Source: an uncultured Gammaproteobacteria bacterium | GTDB lineage: Bacteria; Pseudomonadota; Gammaproteobacteria; Magnimaribacterales; TMED112 | Direction: 5' to 3' | Length of the DNA: 61,029 nt | Assembly: GCA_913020145.1 (NCBI GenBank) | Contig: CAJWAI010000004.1 | Span: 1 to 61,029, forward strand | Shown: piece after piece, positions 44,521-54,656 of the stretch | How positions within the stretch are numbered: the stretch's first letter is position 1 | Layout of the letters: every line of letters starts with the position of its first letter | The notes under the pieces: generated by a model | Told to the model about the DNA's origin: nothing | Databases searched by the model: none | Seen by the model: the letters and a program-made list of their open reading frames with translations, nothing else | Position numbers and translations under genes: made by a program

Positions 44521-45361
44521 ATAAAAGTATTTCGGCAGCAGCTCCTGACATTTTCGAGTTGCTATGTGCAGCCCCATTAACAATTTGATATTTCCATTCA
44601 AAATCTAGATTATTTTGTTCAACTATATTTGTTGTTACATCGAAGAAATTTCTTGCCCTTTGAAATCTATTACTTCCTTGAGCATTAGCTCCATCTGACT
44701 GATTCACAGAAGAATCAACATCAATATCCTTAGAACCTATAAGAATATGTATTTCAGTGCTTAAAAATCTTCTAATATGAGCTGAAGTTAGCTCTATAGG
44801 CGGATTTTTAATGCCATAAGGGAAGAGTGCTCCATGTAGGAATGTATACCAACCTGCATTAGCAGCAACAGCTTTGTCTACTTTAGGGTTGTCCGACATT
44901 AATAAATATCTATGCACGAACTGAGATCCACCGGAATGGCCGTAAATCATGTATTTATCGGCATTTAAGTCAAACTTATTACTAAAGTAGTCAAAAAATA
45001 GGTCTATAGAGTTATGTAAGTATAAGTCCTTATTTTCCCTTATTCTCCCATCAGAGGTGGACATCATGAGTGTGTTATAGCTGGGAAAGCTAGACCTGTT
45101 AAATTCAGGGGCTATAAGCAATACATTATGTTTACGAGCTAATTTCATCCATACATTAAGATAACCGTCAGCATTTCGGCTATTACCATGAATAACGAAG
45201 ATAACTTTGGTATTTTCAGTAATCTGGGCAGGTAAGTTATAAAAAATATTGATTTCCGGCTTATCCCACTCGGAAAATACTATTTTTTCCATATCTTTTG
45301 AGTAAGCAATATTAGAAAGTATCAAAATGCTTATTATTAGTGACTTAAAAGAATGTAACAT
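44513..45361 (-). CDS. Exported alpha/beta hydrolase
   Basis: VIHGNSRN, APEF, YGHSGGSQFVHR, ANAGWYT, AQGSNRFQR, GAAH. Confidence 0.85.
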   Translation of the reverse strand: MLHSFKSLIISILILSNIAYSKDMEKIVFSEWDKPEINIFYNLPAQITENTKVIFVIHGNSRNADGYLNVWMKLARKHNVLLIAPEFNRSSFPSYNTLMMSTSDGRIRENKDLYLHNSIDLFFDYFSNKFDLNADKYMIYGHSGGSQFVHRYLLMSDNPKVDKAVAANAGWYTFLHGALFPYGIKNPPIELTSAHIRRFLSTEIHILIGSKDIDVDSSVNQSDGANAQGSNRFQRARNFFDVTTNIVEQNNLDFEWKYQIVNGAAHSNSKMSGAAAEILLSN

Positions 45362-45409
45362 ACAGCTATTGTAACAATAAATGTAACATTTATTAACCTA
45401 TAAAATTTC

Positions 45410-45486
45410 TTTGAACACCACGTATAATGCTTTGAACACTAAATTTTAATTTGAACACTAAATATTTAGATTTGAACACTTAAAAT
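45410..45486. repeat. Four direct repeats of TTTGAACAC in the divergent intergenic region
   Basis: Exact 9-mers at 45410, 45431, 45450 and 45471; copies 2-3 extend to TTTGAACACTAAAT. Confidence 0.9.
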
Positions 45487-45564
45487 TGGCAAAAAAAGCA
45501 TTTTTTTAACCATATTAGGATGATTATTTCTTAAAACAAACTATATTGTTAAGTTGGAATTAAT

Positions 45565-47655
45565 ATGAGACATATATTTTTATTACTTTTTTTTAATTTT
45601 TCTCTATTAGCTGAATATGGTTGGCTAGAAGATGTTGTTGGTATTGATTTAAAAGAGTTCGAATATTTAGAAGGTTCTGATAAAGAACTTGAGCTATATA
45701 CAAAGAAAACTTTTTTTACAGATATTAAAATGTCTCCAAATGGTAAATATCTAGCATTTCAAAGTGATAGTGAAAATTTTACTCAGGGTATATTAGTTGT
45801 AGATCTAGATACTTACCTAGAGAGTGGTATAGAGAAAGCTACTATAGCTAAAGCAGCTGTTGAGAATAAACCTGATAGCGATCTAGGTGTTAGGGCATTA
45901 TTTTTATGTAACTTCGAGTGGGCTAGTAATAAGTACATACTGCTAGAGCTTTGTGGTAAAAGAATAGATTTTATCCAAGGAGAAATCTTCTTTTCATTAG
46001 GTGTTTGGAAATTATTTAATTTAGAAACAAAAGAATTTAAAAGTTTTATCTATCCATTAGCTCCAGCACCAAGAAAAGGAAGCAGCACTTTTGAAGATAG
46101 ATATAAGGTAGCGACTTTCATTTCAAGATATGACGATGAACATATACTTATGTCTGTTCCTGAGAATAAAAGAGGCTATAGATACGCTAATCTCAGAAAA
46201 ATTAGCCTTACTAAAAGAGGAACTGAACCTAAAGGAGACAATATATATGTGTCAAATGTTGCTTGTCAGTACAAACTAAAATACAGAGCAACAAATTTTT
46301 GTAATCAAAGCAGCATATTCTTGCTAGATGAAAACAAGGAGCCAGTATTGACCTTGTCAAGCACCATTAACAGCGATGGTAAGACCAATGTATATGCACA
46401 TTTGGCAGATAGCAAAACAACTAAAATCGATGTTGATCTTGAAGAATATGGAATAGTAGGTATTGATAAAAACAATGTATGGCTATCTGGCGATCCAAAT
46501 GGAGAAACTTTAGGTATAAGTCTTCTCAATCTCAAAACAAAGAAAATAACAAGAATTAATCCGTCAGAATGTCACTCTTACTTAGGTGGATTTGCTTCAT
46601 TAAATGCAACAGCACCCTATGCTGTTAGCATGGAATGTGAAGGGAAAAAAGATCTTATAGTTTTCGATCAAGATAATAGAGATGCACAGATACTTTCAAA
46701 TCTTTCAAGAAGTTTTCCAGGCAAAAGCATACGATTTGGCAATTGGACAGACAAAAATGACAAAGCATTATTACAAATATCTGACTCCTCCAATATAAGT
46801 GAAGTATTTCTATTAGATTTGAATGATGGCCAATTAAAATATATTGCAACTGCCTCTAATGTCCCTAAAAATTTACTGCATAAGAATGAGCCTCGTGCTT
46901 TTACCACTGAAGATGATGATCAAATATATGGCTATCTAACTAAACCCAAAGGGGAGATAAAAAAACTAGTCGCTTATGTACATGGAGGCCCACATGGCCC
47001 CCGCGACTATGATGGTTATGATCCTTTTGAACAATACTTAGCAAGTAAGGGTGTGGCTGTATTAAAAGTTAATTTTAGAGGTTCTGGTGGATATGGGAAA
47101 CAATATGAAGAAATTGGTTATCAAGAATGGGGAGGATTAATAATGGATGATGTTGCTACTGCAACCAAGGTAATCCAAGATGAATTAAATATTTCTCGTG
47201 ATAATACTTGTGTAGCCGGAGCAAGTTTTGGAGGTTATGCCGCCTTAACTATGTCTTATAAATATCCTGATTTATTTGAATGTGTAGTGGGAATGATGGG
47301 GGTCTATGATTTAAAAATGTTAAGAAATGGAACTGATGACAGTGTTTATACACAACAAGGAGATGAGTATTTTGAGATTATGGAAAAATATTTAGGTAAT
47401 GATGAAGCTAATCTTATAGATTTTTCTCCAGTATTTAATGCAGACAAGATGAAAACAAGAATTTTGATGTGGCATGGGCAGCAAGATCAAATCGCCCCTA
47501 TTGTTCATATGGACTTAATGAAAGATGCATTAGAAGAAGAGGGGATCGAATATCAATCATTTACAATGTCTAGATTAGGGCATGAATATGGTGAGGCAGA
47601 AGACATGAAAGTTCATTTACCTGTAATGAAGAAGTTTATTTTGGACGAGCTCTAG
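45565..47655 (+). CDS. S9 family (prolyl oligopeptidase-type) serine peptidase, exported
   Basis: VHGGPHG, VNFRGSGGYG, GASFGGY nucleophile, HGQQD, GH; N-terminal propeller region. Confidence 0.92.
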   Translation: MRHIFLLLFFNFSLLAEYGWLEDVVGIDLKEFEYLEGSDKELELYTKKTFFTDIKMSPNGKYLAFQSDSENFTQGILVVDLDTYLESGIEKATIAKAAVENKPDSDLGVRALFLCNFEWASNKYILLELCGKRIDFIQGEIFFSLGVWKLFNLETKEFKSFIYPLAPAPRKGSSTFEDRYKVATFISRYDDEHILMSVPENKRGYRYANLRKISLTKRGTEPKGDNIYVSNVACQYKLKYRATNFCNQSSIFLLDENKEPVLTLSSTINSDGKTNVYAHLADSKTTKIDVDLEEYGIVGIDKNNVWLSGDPNGETLGISLLNLKTKKITRINPSECHSYLGGFASLNATAPYAVSMECEGKKDLIVFDQDNRDAQILSNLSRSFPGKSIRFGNWTDKNDKALLQISDSSNISEVFLLDLNDGQLKYIATASNVPKNLLHKNEPRAFTTEDDDQIYGYLTKPKGEIKKLVAYVHGGPHGPRDYDGYDPFEQYLASKGVAVLKVNFRGSGGYGKQYEEIGYQEWGGLIMDDVATATKVIQDELNISRDNTCVAGASFGGYAALTMSYKYPDLFECVVGMMGVYDLKMLRNGTDDSVYTQQGDEYFEIMEKYLGNDEANLIDFSPVFNADKMKTRILMWHGQQDQIAPIVHMDLMKDALEEEGIEYQSFTMSRLGHEYGEAEDMKVHLPVMKKFILDEL

Positions 47656-48872
47656 CCAAAAATTGCTCTTAATTTGTTTCGGTCAGATTCATAGTATTTG
47701 CCAGCCAAATAATAAAATATTGGCCCTAGTACCAAAAACATAACACTAAAACCAACAAGCAGAAGAGTATATGGATTTTCGACTCCTTGTGAAATTAGAT
47801 TATCGGAAAGCATACCCATTAATAGTGACCCAGGAACAATTCCAAGCATATTTAAACAAAGGAGTAGGAATGCCACAACTGTACCTCTTATTGAAGGAGG
47901 CACTAATTCCTGAACTACTGCTAGCACAGGACCATAAAAACAACCCAAGCTAAAAGCTGAACTACACACCCCAACCCAGAAAAGAATAGTGTCTGTTTCC
48001 AAATACCTAGTGAATGCTAAAGGCATCATGATTAAAGTTAAGATGAATAAGAACCAAGTCCGAGGGAACCTAAATTTTTTGAGTGCCCAATCACTCATAA
48101 TGCCACCAAAAAGACTTCCAAGAACACCAAAGAAGACAAAAATCCAACCATTAATTTGGGCAAAAGAGTTTGCGTTGAATCCTTTGTCTTCTACTGCCCA
48201 GATTACATCAAACTGTGCAGCCCCTAAGACTACGTGGTAAAGAGTACCAGCCAGGATAGTGAAAACCAATGATTTGGATGTTAATAGAACTTTTCCGAGG
48301 AGAGAGATTATCTGCCAAAAGGATCTTGTATCGTTTGTAGCAACTTGATTCCGTCTTGGAGTATCTTTTATAAAAAGCATACCTAGACCAAGGACCAAAC
48401 CAAGAAAACCAAGAAGGTAAAAGCAGCCTCGCCAACCAATGAGTGGCTCAATATATCCAGCTATAATTAGGCTAAAACCCACACCAACAGGAACACCTAG
48501 ATAATAAAAACCTGCAGCAAAACCAAGTCTTTTTTGTTCATATCGATCTGACAAGATTGACATTGTGGTAGGTGTTATAGCTGATTCACCAACTCCGATA
48601 AATAGTCTTGGTATTGCAAGTGTTACAAAATTTTTAGCTAATCCTGATACAGCTGTAAAAGCACTCCAAAGTATGACACCAATACCAATAATTTTTGTTC
48701 TGTTATATCTATCTGCTAAAGTTCCTACAAATAGGCCTGCTATGGTGTAAAAGAAAATGAAGACGACGCCTGTCAAAAGACCAATTTCGGTATTTGTTAA
48801 ATCAAGGTCTCTTTTCAAGAAAGGGGCAAAACTTGATATGAACTGACGATCAACAAAATTTATAACATTCAA
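47652..48872 (-). CDS. MFS transporter, spinster-like (true start probably near 48917-48906)
   Basis: NFVDRQ, GTLADRYNR, RLFIGVGES, GWRG, QELVPPSIRG. Confidence 0.92.
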   Translation of the reverse strand: MNVINFVDRQFISSFAPFLKRDLDLTNTEIGLLTGVVFIFFYTIAGLFVGTLADRYNRTKIIGIGVILWSAFTAVSGLAKNFVTLAIPRLFIGVGESAITPTTMSILSDRYEQKRLGFAAGFYYLGVPVGVGFSLIIAGYIEPLIGWRGCFYLLGFLGLVLGLGMLFIKDTPRRNQVATNDTRSFWQIISLLGKVLLTSKSLVFTILAGTLYHVVLGAAQFDVIWAVEDKGFNANSFAQINGWIFVFFGVLGSLFGGIMSDWALKKFRFPRTWFLFILTLIMMPLAFTRYLETDTILFWVGVCSSAFSLGCFYGPVLAVVQELVPPSIRGTVVAFLLLCLNMLGIVPGSLLMGMLSDNLISQGVENPYTLLLVGFSVMFLVLGPIFYYLAGKYYESDRNKLRAIFG

Positions 48873-48920
48873 GATTGTTACAAAAATTAAGAAAGATGTA
48901 TTTTTCAGATTTAAAATAAT

Positions 48921-50057
48921 CTACTCCATAAAGCTATTCAGTCTTTCATAGGCTTCAATAAATTCTTCTTTAAACTTTTGTACTGTTTGCCCAGCTGTAA
49001 TTTTTTCATCAACTAAGCCAATTCCTTGTCCAACCCAGTAGGTAGCTAGTTTTTTTGCTCCCTCATGATCAACTTCAGCTGCCTTGTTAATTTTATCAAG
49101 TGCAGGTTCACTAACCATGGTCTGTAAAGGCATAGGTAATGGATCTGGAGCTCCATCAGATTCCCATGCATCTGTCCAATCAGATTGTAGTTGTCTTGAA
49201 TGTTTGCCAGTTCTACTCCTCGAGCGAACTGTTTCTTTTGAAGTTGCTGCTAACATTTTTTCTTTTACGACTTCAGAAGTTTCAGCTTCGGATGTTGTTA
49301 AAAATACGGAAGCACACCATGCGCCTGATGCACCCATTGCCATGGCGCCAGCCATTTGTTCTCCTGTGCATATCCCTCCAGCAGCGAGTATTGGAACTTC
49401 TCTCATTCCTTTAGTTGCTCGATGAACTTCTGGAACAAGAACCATAGTCGAGACACTTCCACAGTGACCACCACCTTCTGTTCCTGAGACTACAAGAATA
49501 TCTACACCAGCTTCAACTTGTTTTACGGCGTGTTCTTTTGCTCCGACTAGAGCAGCAACAGGTACATTATTTTCTTTGCATAAATCAAGCATCCATTTAG
49601 GAGGCACACCTAAGGCATTTGCATAAAGCTTCACTCCATGATCAAAACCTATTTGTAACATTTTTGTTGCGCCTTCCTCTTTCATATTAGCCCCCCAGTT
49701 TGAGTAGTCAGTTGTTTGTTCTCTTAATTCCTCACCATCCAGATCATATTTGTTTAAAACATCAGCTCTAAAATCCCTATGTTCTTGTGGAATCATTGCA
49801 GCAAGATCATTTGGATCGATACTACCCTCTTTTCCTACAAATTTATTCGGTACCAATAGGTCAAGACCATAAGGCTTACCATCAACATTCTCATCAATCC
49901 AACTAAGCTCTTGTTCAAGAATTTCAGGAGTCATGCCGACCGCACCCAAGACTCCCATGCCTCCAGCTTTTGAAACTTGAGCAACAACATCTTTGCAATG
50001 ACTAAATGCAACAAGAGGAAACTCAATTCCTAGAATTTCAGATATTTTTGAATTCAT
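48921..50057 (-). CDS. Nitronate monooxygenase / FabK-like FMN oxidoreductase
   Basis: GIEFPLVAFSHC, VSKAGGMGVLGA, GTEGGGHCG, ILAAGGI, YWVGQG. Confidence 0.9.
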   Translation of the reverse strand: MNSKISEILGIEFPLVAFSHCKDVVAQVSKAGGMGVLGAVGMTPEILEQELSWIDENVDGKPYGLDLLVPNKFVGKEGSIDPNDLAAMIPQEHRDFRADVLNKYDLDGEELREQTTDYSNWGANMKEEGATKMLQIGFDHGVKLYANALGVPPKWMLDLCKENNVPVAALVGAKEHAVKQVEAGVDILVVSGTEGGGHCGSVSTMVLVPEVHRATKGMREVPILAAGGICTGEQMAGAMAMGASGAWCASVFLTTSEAETSEVVKEKMLAATSKETVRSRSRTGKHSRQLQSDWTDAWESDGAPDPLPMPLQTMVSEPALDKINKAAEVDHEGAKKLATYWVGQGIGLVDEKITAGQTVQKFKEEFIEAYERLNSFME

Positions 50058-50163
50058 TTTTAAAAAATCCCCCGATTTCTGTGGCTTTTCTTGCGTTATG
50101 TTTAGGCCACCTAATAATTATCTATTATAGCTTAATATTGCTCAGTGAAATTTGGATATATGC

Positions 50164-50949
50164 CTATTTCCAGTTAGGTTTTCTTTTTTCTAGAAAGGCA
50201 GTAATACCTTCCTTTGCTTCTTCACTTTGAATGCTCTCACCAATCTCTTTTTCAAGAAATTCCATGGATTTTTCAAAGTCATCAAATTCCTGATTGTTAT
50301 AAGCATTCAAACCCTTTTTCATTGCATTAGGTGGAAGATTTGAAAGATCATTCACTACATTATCAACATAGCTTGAAAAATCATTTTTATTTAGAGCAGC
50401 ATTAATTAGCCCAGTTCTCTGAGCCTCATCAGCTTCTATTGGTTCTCCTCTCATAATCAAGTCAAGACCATCTCTTTTTGGCATAACTCTAAATAGACCA
50501 GCCATTACCATAAATGGCCATATTCCTCGTTTTATTTCAGGCGCGGTGAAAGTAACATTATCCAAAGCATATGCATGTGATGAATTGCATACCAAAAGTA
50601 ATGCACCTGCATAAACATTACCCTCTATTCTGCAAACAACAGGTTTGCATAAAGACCTTAGTTTCTTAACTACATCTGCAATAGTGCCTTTCATATCTGG
50701 AATTGTTTCATTTTCTTCTCCAGACATTGTTTGCAAATCACCTCCGGCACAAAAAACATCTCCTTCCGCACTGATTTCAAGGGCTCTTACATCATCTTTA
50801 TTATTTGCATAATCCAAAACATAAAGTAATTCATTGGTCATTACTGGATTAATGGCATTTTTCTTTTGGGGACGATTGAGTTTTATAAAAAGTTTATTTT
50901 CATCCTGATTAATTAGAAGTGTCTTGAACTCAGTATTATTTATTTCCAT
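50164..50949 (-). CDS. Enoyl-CoA hydratase/isomerase (AtuE/LiuC-like)
   Basis: LNRPQKKNAI, FCAGGDL, PEIKRG, EGITAFLEKRKPNW. Confidence 0.9.
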   Translation of the reverse strand: MEINNTEFKTLLINQDENKLFIKLNRPQKKNAINPVMTNELLYVLDYANNKDDVRALEISAEGDVFCAGGDLQTMSGEENETIPDMKGTIADVVKKLRSLCKPVVCRIEGNVYAGALLLVCNSSHAYALDNVTFTAPEIKRGIWPFMVMAGLFRVMPKRDGLDLIMRGEPIEADEAQRTGLINAALNKNDFSSYVDNVVNDLSNLPPNAMKKGLNAYNNQEFDDFEKSMEFLEKEIGESIQSEEAKEGITAFLEKRKPNWK

Positions 50950-50950
50950 G

Positions 50951-52714
50951 CTATTTGTTTAATAGAGCATTCGGACAGCTAATTATTTTTGCGCCTAGAT
51001 ATTCACCAAGTGACTTTGCTTGGCCATCCTTTCTATTGTTTGATGATACCCCATTCTCAAGCAAACCTCTAACGTAGAAATTTAGAGATTTTATGTTTGG
51101 TAATTCATATCTTTCAATTTCAAAATCATGCAAATCTGGTAATAACTCTTTAAGTTTTTTCACACTTAAAAAATGGTAGAGATATCTATATGCATTTTCA
51201 TTTTTTGCCCAGACACCGAGATTTGCACAGCCACCTTTATCACCAGATCTTGTTCCAAAAATACGACCAAATTCAATCTCAGACATCTCACTATCTGGAA
51301 GAGGCTCAACTTCTGCAACAATATCTATTTTATTTTTTGAATCTTCAAATTTTTCTCTCTCAATGACTGTTTTTTTGCCATTGAAGTGTAGACACTCATT
51401 AATTTTCACACTATCCACTAACGCTGGCCAGTAAGATATAAAGGGTGTGCCTTGTTTGATGTCACTCTGCGTTGTCCAGCCAGGGTAATTTGCTAAAGCA
51501 AGCTCAACTATTTTGGCACTAAATATTCTTCCAACTATCTCAGGATCTTTTGATTTAACTACAATTTTTAAAGTTGCCATAGCTTCTTCATTAGTTTGAG
51601 GATTTTCCTTATCTGTTCTGAAAAGCTGTATAGAAACATTATCAAAATTCTCTTTTCCACCCAGAGATCGAAAGAGTTCATCGGTAAAGACTTTTGCTTT
51701 TTCGGATATATCTAATCCTGTTATGACTAATTCCATTCCATTTTTATACCCACCCGATAAGTTCATACATACTTTGTGCGTTGATGGAGGAGGACTACCT
51801 TTTATATCTGAAATATATACACGATCTTTACCAACTTCATCTATTTTTAACGTATCAAAGTGGGAAATAACATCAGGGTTTAAATAATCCGGAGATGAAA
51901 TTTCATAAAGCAATTGAGCAGTTACAGTTCCAGTAGACACAAGTCCACCTGTATTCTCATGTTTGGTGATATAAAAACTTCCATCCTCTTTTATTTCAGC
52001 AATTGGATAGCCAATATTTTCGAAACTTGGAACTTCTTTAAAAAACGAGTAGTTTCCACCTGTTGCTTGAGCGCCACATTCAATAATATGTCCAGCAGCT
52101 AATGCACCTGCGAGCTTATCAAAATCATTCTTGTCCCAGTTAAACTTCCATGCAGCTGGACCCATGACTACTGCTGCATCTGTTACCCTTGGACAAATTA
52201 CTATATCAGCACCTTGATCAAGAGCTTCCTTTATTCCCCAACACCCTAAATAGGCATTAGCAGACAGAGGAGGCATATTTTGTTCAAAAAAATTCTCCCC
52301 CGTATCAATGTTAGTTAATTTTTCTCCAGAATCTTTTAGTTCATCAAGTCGAGGCATTAAGTCATCACCATCTATGTAAGCAACTTTTAAATCTAGATTC
52401 ATAGCATTAAGCATTTCTTTAGTATCTTCTGCCATGCTTTTAGGGTTAAGGCCTCCAGCATTTGAAACTATTTTTATATTTTTTTCTGCACAAGTATTTG
52501 CAACCTCTTTAAGTTGCTTCATGAATGTTCCTACATAGCCAGCTTTTTCACCTCTTTGCATTTTCTGGCTAAATAAGATTGCCATAGTCAATTCTGCAAG
52601 ATAGTCACCAGTTAGAACGTCAATTGGACCACCTTCAACCATTTCTTTTGCAGCGGATAATTTATCACCATAAAACCCACTACAATTTCCAATTCTTATG
52701 ATATTCTCATCCAT
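50951..52714 (-). CDS. atuA: Acyclic terpene utilization AtuA (DUF1446) family protein
   Basis: IRIGNCSGFYGD, DYLAELTM, NAGGLNP, ANAYLG, RVTDAA, AGHIIECGAQATGGN, RSGDKGG, DGQAKSLGE. Confidence 0.93.
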   Translation of the reverse strand: MDENIIRIGNCSGFYGDKLSAAKEMVEGGPIDVLTGDYLAELTMAILFSQKMQRGEKAGYVGTFMKQLKEVANTCAEKNIKIVSNAGGLNPKSMAEDTKEMLNAMNLDLKVAYIDGDDLMPRLDELKDSGEKLTNIDTGENFFEQNMPPLSANAYLGCWGIKEALDQGADIVICPRVTDAAVVMGPAAWKFNWDKNDFDKLAGALAAGHIIECGAQATGGNYSFFKEVPSFENIGYPIAEIKEDGSFYITKHENTGGLVSTGTVTAQLLYEISSPDYLNPDVISHFDTLKIDEVGKDRVYISDIKGSPPPSTHKVCMNLSGGYKNGMELVITGLDISEKAKVFTDELFRSLGGKENFDNVSIQLFRTDKENPQTNEEAMATLKIVVKSKDPEIVGRIFSAKIVELALANYPGWTTQSDIKQGTPFISYWPALVDSVKINECLHFNGKKTVIEREKFEDSKNKIDIVAEVEPLPDSEMSEIEFGRIFGTRSGDKGGCANLGVWAKNENAYRYLYHFLSVKKLKELLPDLHDFEIERYELPNIKSLNFYVRGLLENGVSSNNRKDGQAKSLGEYLGAKIISCPNALLNK

Positions 52715-52718
52715 ATCT

Positions 52719-54656
52719 TTATTCTATCTTCATTAGATCACTGCCGCTCTGAACTTGCTCACCAGTTTTTACATAAAGTTCAACAACTTTACCATCAGAA
52801 GTTGCTTTAATTGTATGCTCCATCTTCATAGCTTCTAGGATTAATAAGGTTTCACCTGCTTTGACGTCAGCACCTTTTTTTACATTTATATTGAGAATTT
52901 TTCCAGGCATAGGAGCAGTTAGACTGCCTTCTATAATTATCTCATTTGGATCTAAGAATTTAGGCAGCACTTTAAATACTAAATCACCCGAACCACTATT
53001 AATTGTTATCTCATCATGAAAACAGCTTATAAAAGCCTTTATAACTATACCGTCTATTTCACAATGAATATGTTCTTCATCAACTGAAATAATTAATACA
53101 CTTGAAGTGGATAGCCTTTTAAAATGTTCTCGATGTATTTGAATATGATTATTGTTATTCTCATATTGGAATTTGTATTCTTCATCGTTGAATTCAAATA
53201 TTATGTCTTGTTTTGGGAGAATGCCATTAGTCCAGTTTCTAGGTAAAAAATATAATTTCTTGTTATCTTTTTTATTGTGTTCTTGTAACCATAAAGCTGA
53301 TGCCTTCATTGCGTTATCTAGAAGTTTTTTGTCGACAGCCTTAAAAAGTTTCTTATGTTCTCTTGGAATAAAATCAGATGTGGTTTTTCCTTTTAAGAAA
53401 GAATTGTTTTCTAAGCACTGCACTAGAAAGTCTTTATTTGTTTTTATTCCTGATAGGTGAGTCGATCTCAATTCTTTAGCAAGAAGTCTTGCAGATTGTT
53501 CTCTTGTTTCGCCTATCGCAATTACTTTAGCAAGCATAGGATCATAATCAGGTGTTATTTTGTCTCCAGTTGCTATCCCAGTGTCCCATCTTATTCCTTT
53601 ATTATTTGAGCAAGACAATTTATTAATTGAACCAATCTCTGGCAAGAAATCATTTTCAGGATTTTCTGCGTAGAGTCTAGCTTCAATTGCATGACCATTA
53701 AACTCAATATCTTCCTGTAAAAAATCTAGCTTCTTGCCTGAAGCTATTTTGATTTGTTCTTTTACTAAATCAATGCCAGTTACTTCTTCTGTTACTGGGT
53801 GCTCAACTTGAAGTCTTGTGTTTACTTCTAGAAACCAGAACTCATTGGTATCTTCATCAAATAGGAATTCTACTGTTCCAGCTGATTTATAGTCTAATTT
53901 CTTAGCAAGCTTAACCGCAGTAGAGGTGATATCTTGTCTTATTTTGTTAGTAAGCCTAGAAGAAGGAGACTCTTCAATAATTTTTTGGTGTCTTCTTTGT
54001 ATTGAACATTCTCGTTCACCAAGGTGGATAACGTTACCAAAGTTATCACCTAATATTTGAACCTCTATATGCCTAGAATGCTGAATATACTTTTCTAAAA
54101 ATACTCTATCATCACCAAAACTAGATTTTGCTTCTCTTTTCGCCGCAACGACGGCATCATTAAGTTCTTTTTCAGTCTTAACTATTCTCATTCCTTTCCC
54201 ACCGCCACCTGCAGAAGCTTTTACTAGAATAGGAAAGCCAATTTTTTTTGCATCGGATACTTTAGATGTTTTTTGAAGTGTAGGTATATTCTGTTTTATG
54301 CAAAAATCCTTAGAGTTAATTTTGTCCCCCATTAAGCTTATGGTTTCGGCATCAGGACCTATCCATACAATTTTTTGATCCTTAGCTTTTTTGCAGAAGT
54401 CTGCATTTTCAGATAGAAAACCATAACCTGGGTGTATAGCGTCTACTTTTAATTCTTTAGCTTTATTTATTATTGTTTCTTGATCTAAATACCCATTTGG
54501 AAGAAGGAATGATTCATCAGCTTCTTTGACAAATAGTGAATTTCTATCAGCTTCTGAATGCATTGCAATTGCATCCATGCCAAGCTCTTTAATGGTTCTG
54601 AAAATTCTTCTCGCTATTTCACCCCTATTGGCAACTAGTATTTTTTTAAGCTTCAC
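52719..54656 (-). CDS. Biotin-dependent acyl-CoA carboxylase alpha subunit (geranyl-CoA carboxylase AtuF-like)
   Basis: ANRGEIA, HPGYGFLSEN, GGGGKGMR, ERECSIQRRHQK, EVNTRLQVEH, EAMKME biotin site. Confidence 0.93.
   Translation of the reverse strand: MKLKKILVANRGEIARRIFRTIKELGMDAIAMHSEADRNSLFVKEADESFLLPNGYLDQETIINKAKELKVDAIHPGYGFLSENADFCKKAKDQKIVWIGPDAETISLMGDKINSKDFCIKQNIPTLQKTSKVSDAKKIGFPILVKASAGGGGKGMRIVKTEKELNDAVVAAKREAKSSFGDDRVFLEKYIQHSRHIEVQILGDNFGNVIHLGERECSIQRRHQKIIEESPSSRLTNKIRQDITSTAVKLAKKLDYKSAGTVEFLFDEDTNEFWFLEVNTRLQVEHPVTEEVTGIDLVKEQIKIASGKKLDFLQEDIEFNGHAIEARLYAENPENDFLPEIGSINKLSCSNNKGIRWDTGIATGDKITPDYDPMLAKVIAIGETREQSARLLAKELRSTHLSGIKTNKDFLVQCLENNSFLKGKTTSDFIPREHKKLFKAVDKKLLDNAMKASALWLQEHNKKDNKKLYFLPRNWTNGILPKQDIIFEFNDEEYKFQYENNNNHIQIHREHFKRLSTSSVLIISVDEEHIHCEIDGIVIKAFISCFHDEITINSGSGDLVFKVLPKFLDPNEIIIEGSLTAPMPGKILNINVKKGADVKAGETLLILEAMKMEHTIKATSDGKVVELYVKTGEQVQSGSDLMKIE

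Noticed and set aside
45410-45486. TTTGAACAC repeats as a mini-CRISPR array
   Set aside because: Repeats (9-14 bp) and spacers (10-12 bp) are far too short, and there are no cas genes
45362-45564. AT-rich repeat spacer as oriC or a plasmid origin
   Set aside because: No DnaA boxes seen in it and no dnaA/rep/gidA/parAB context
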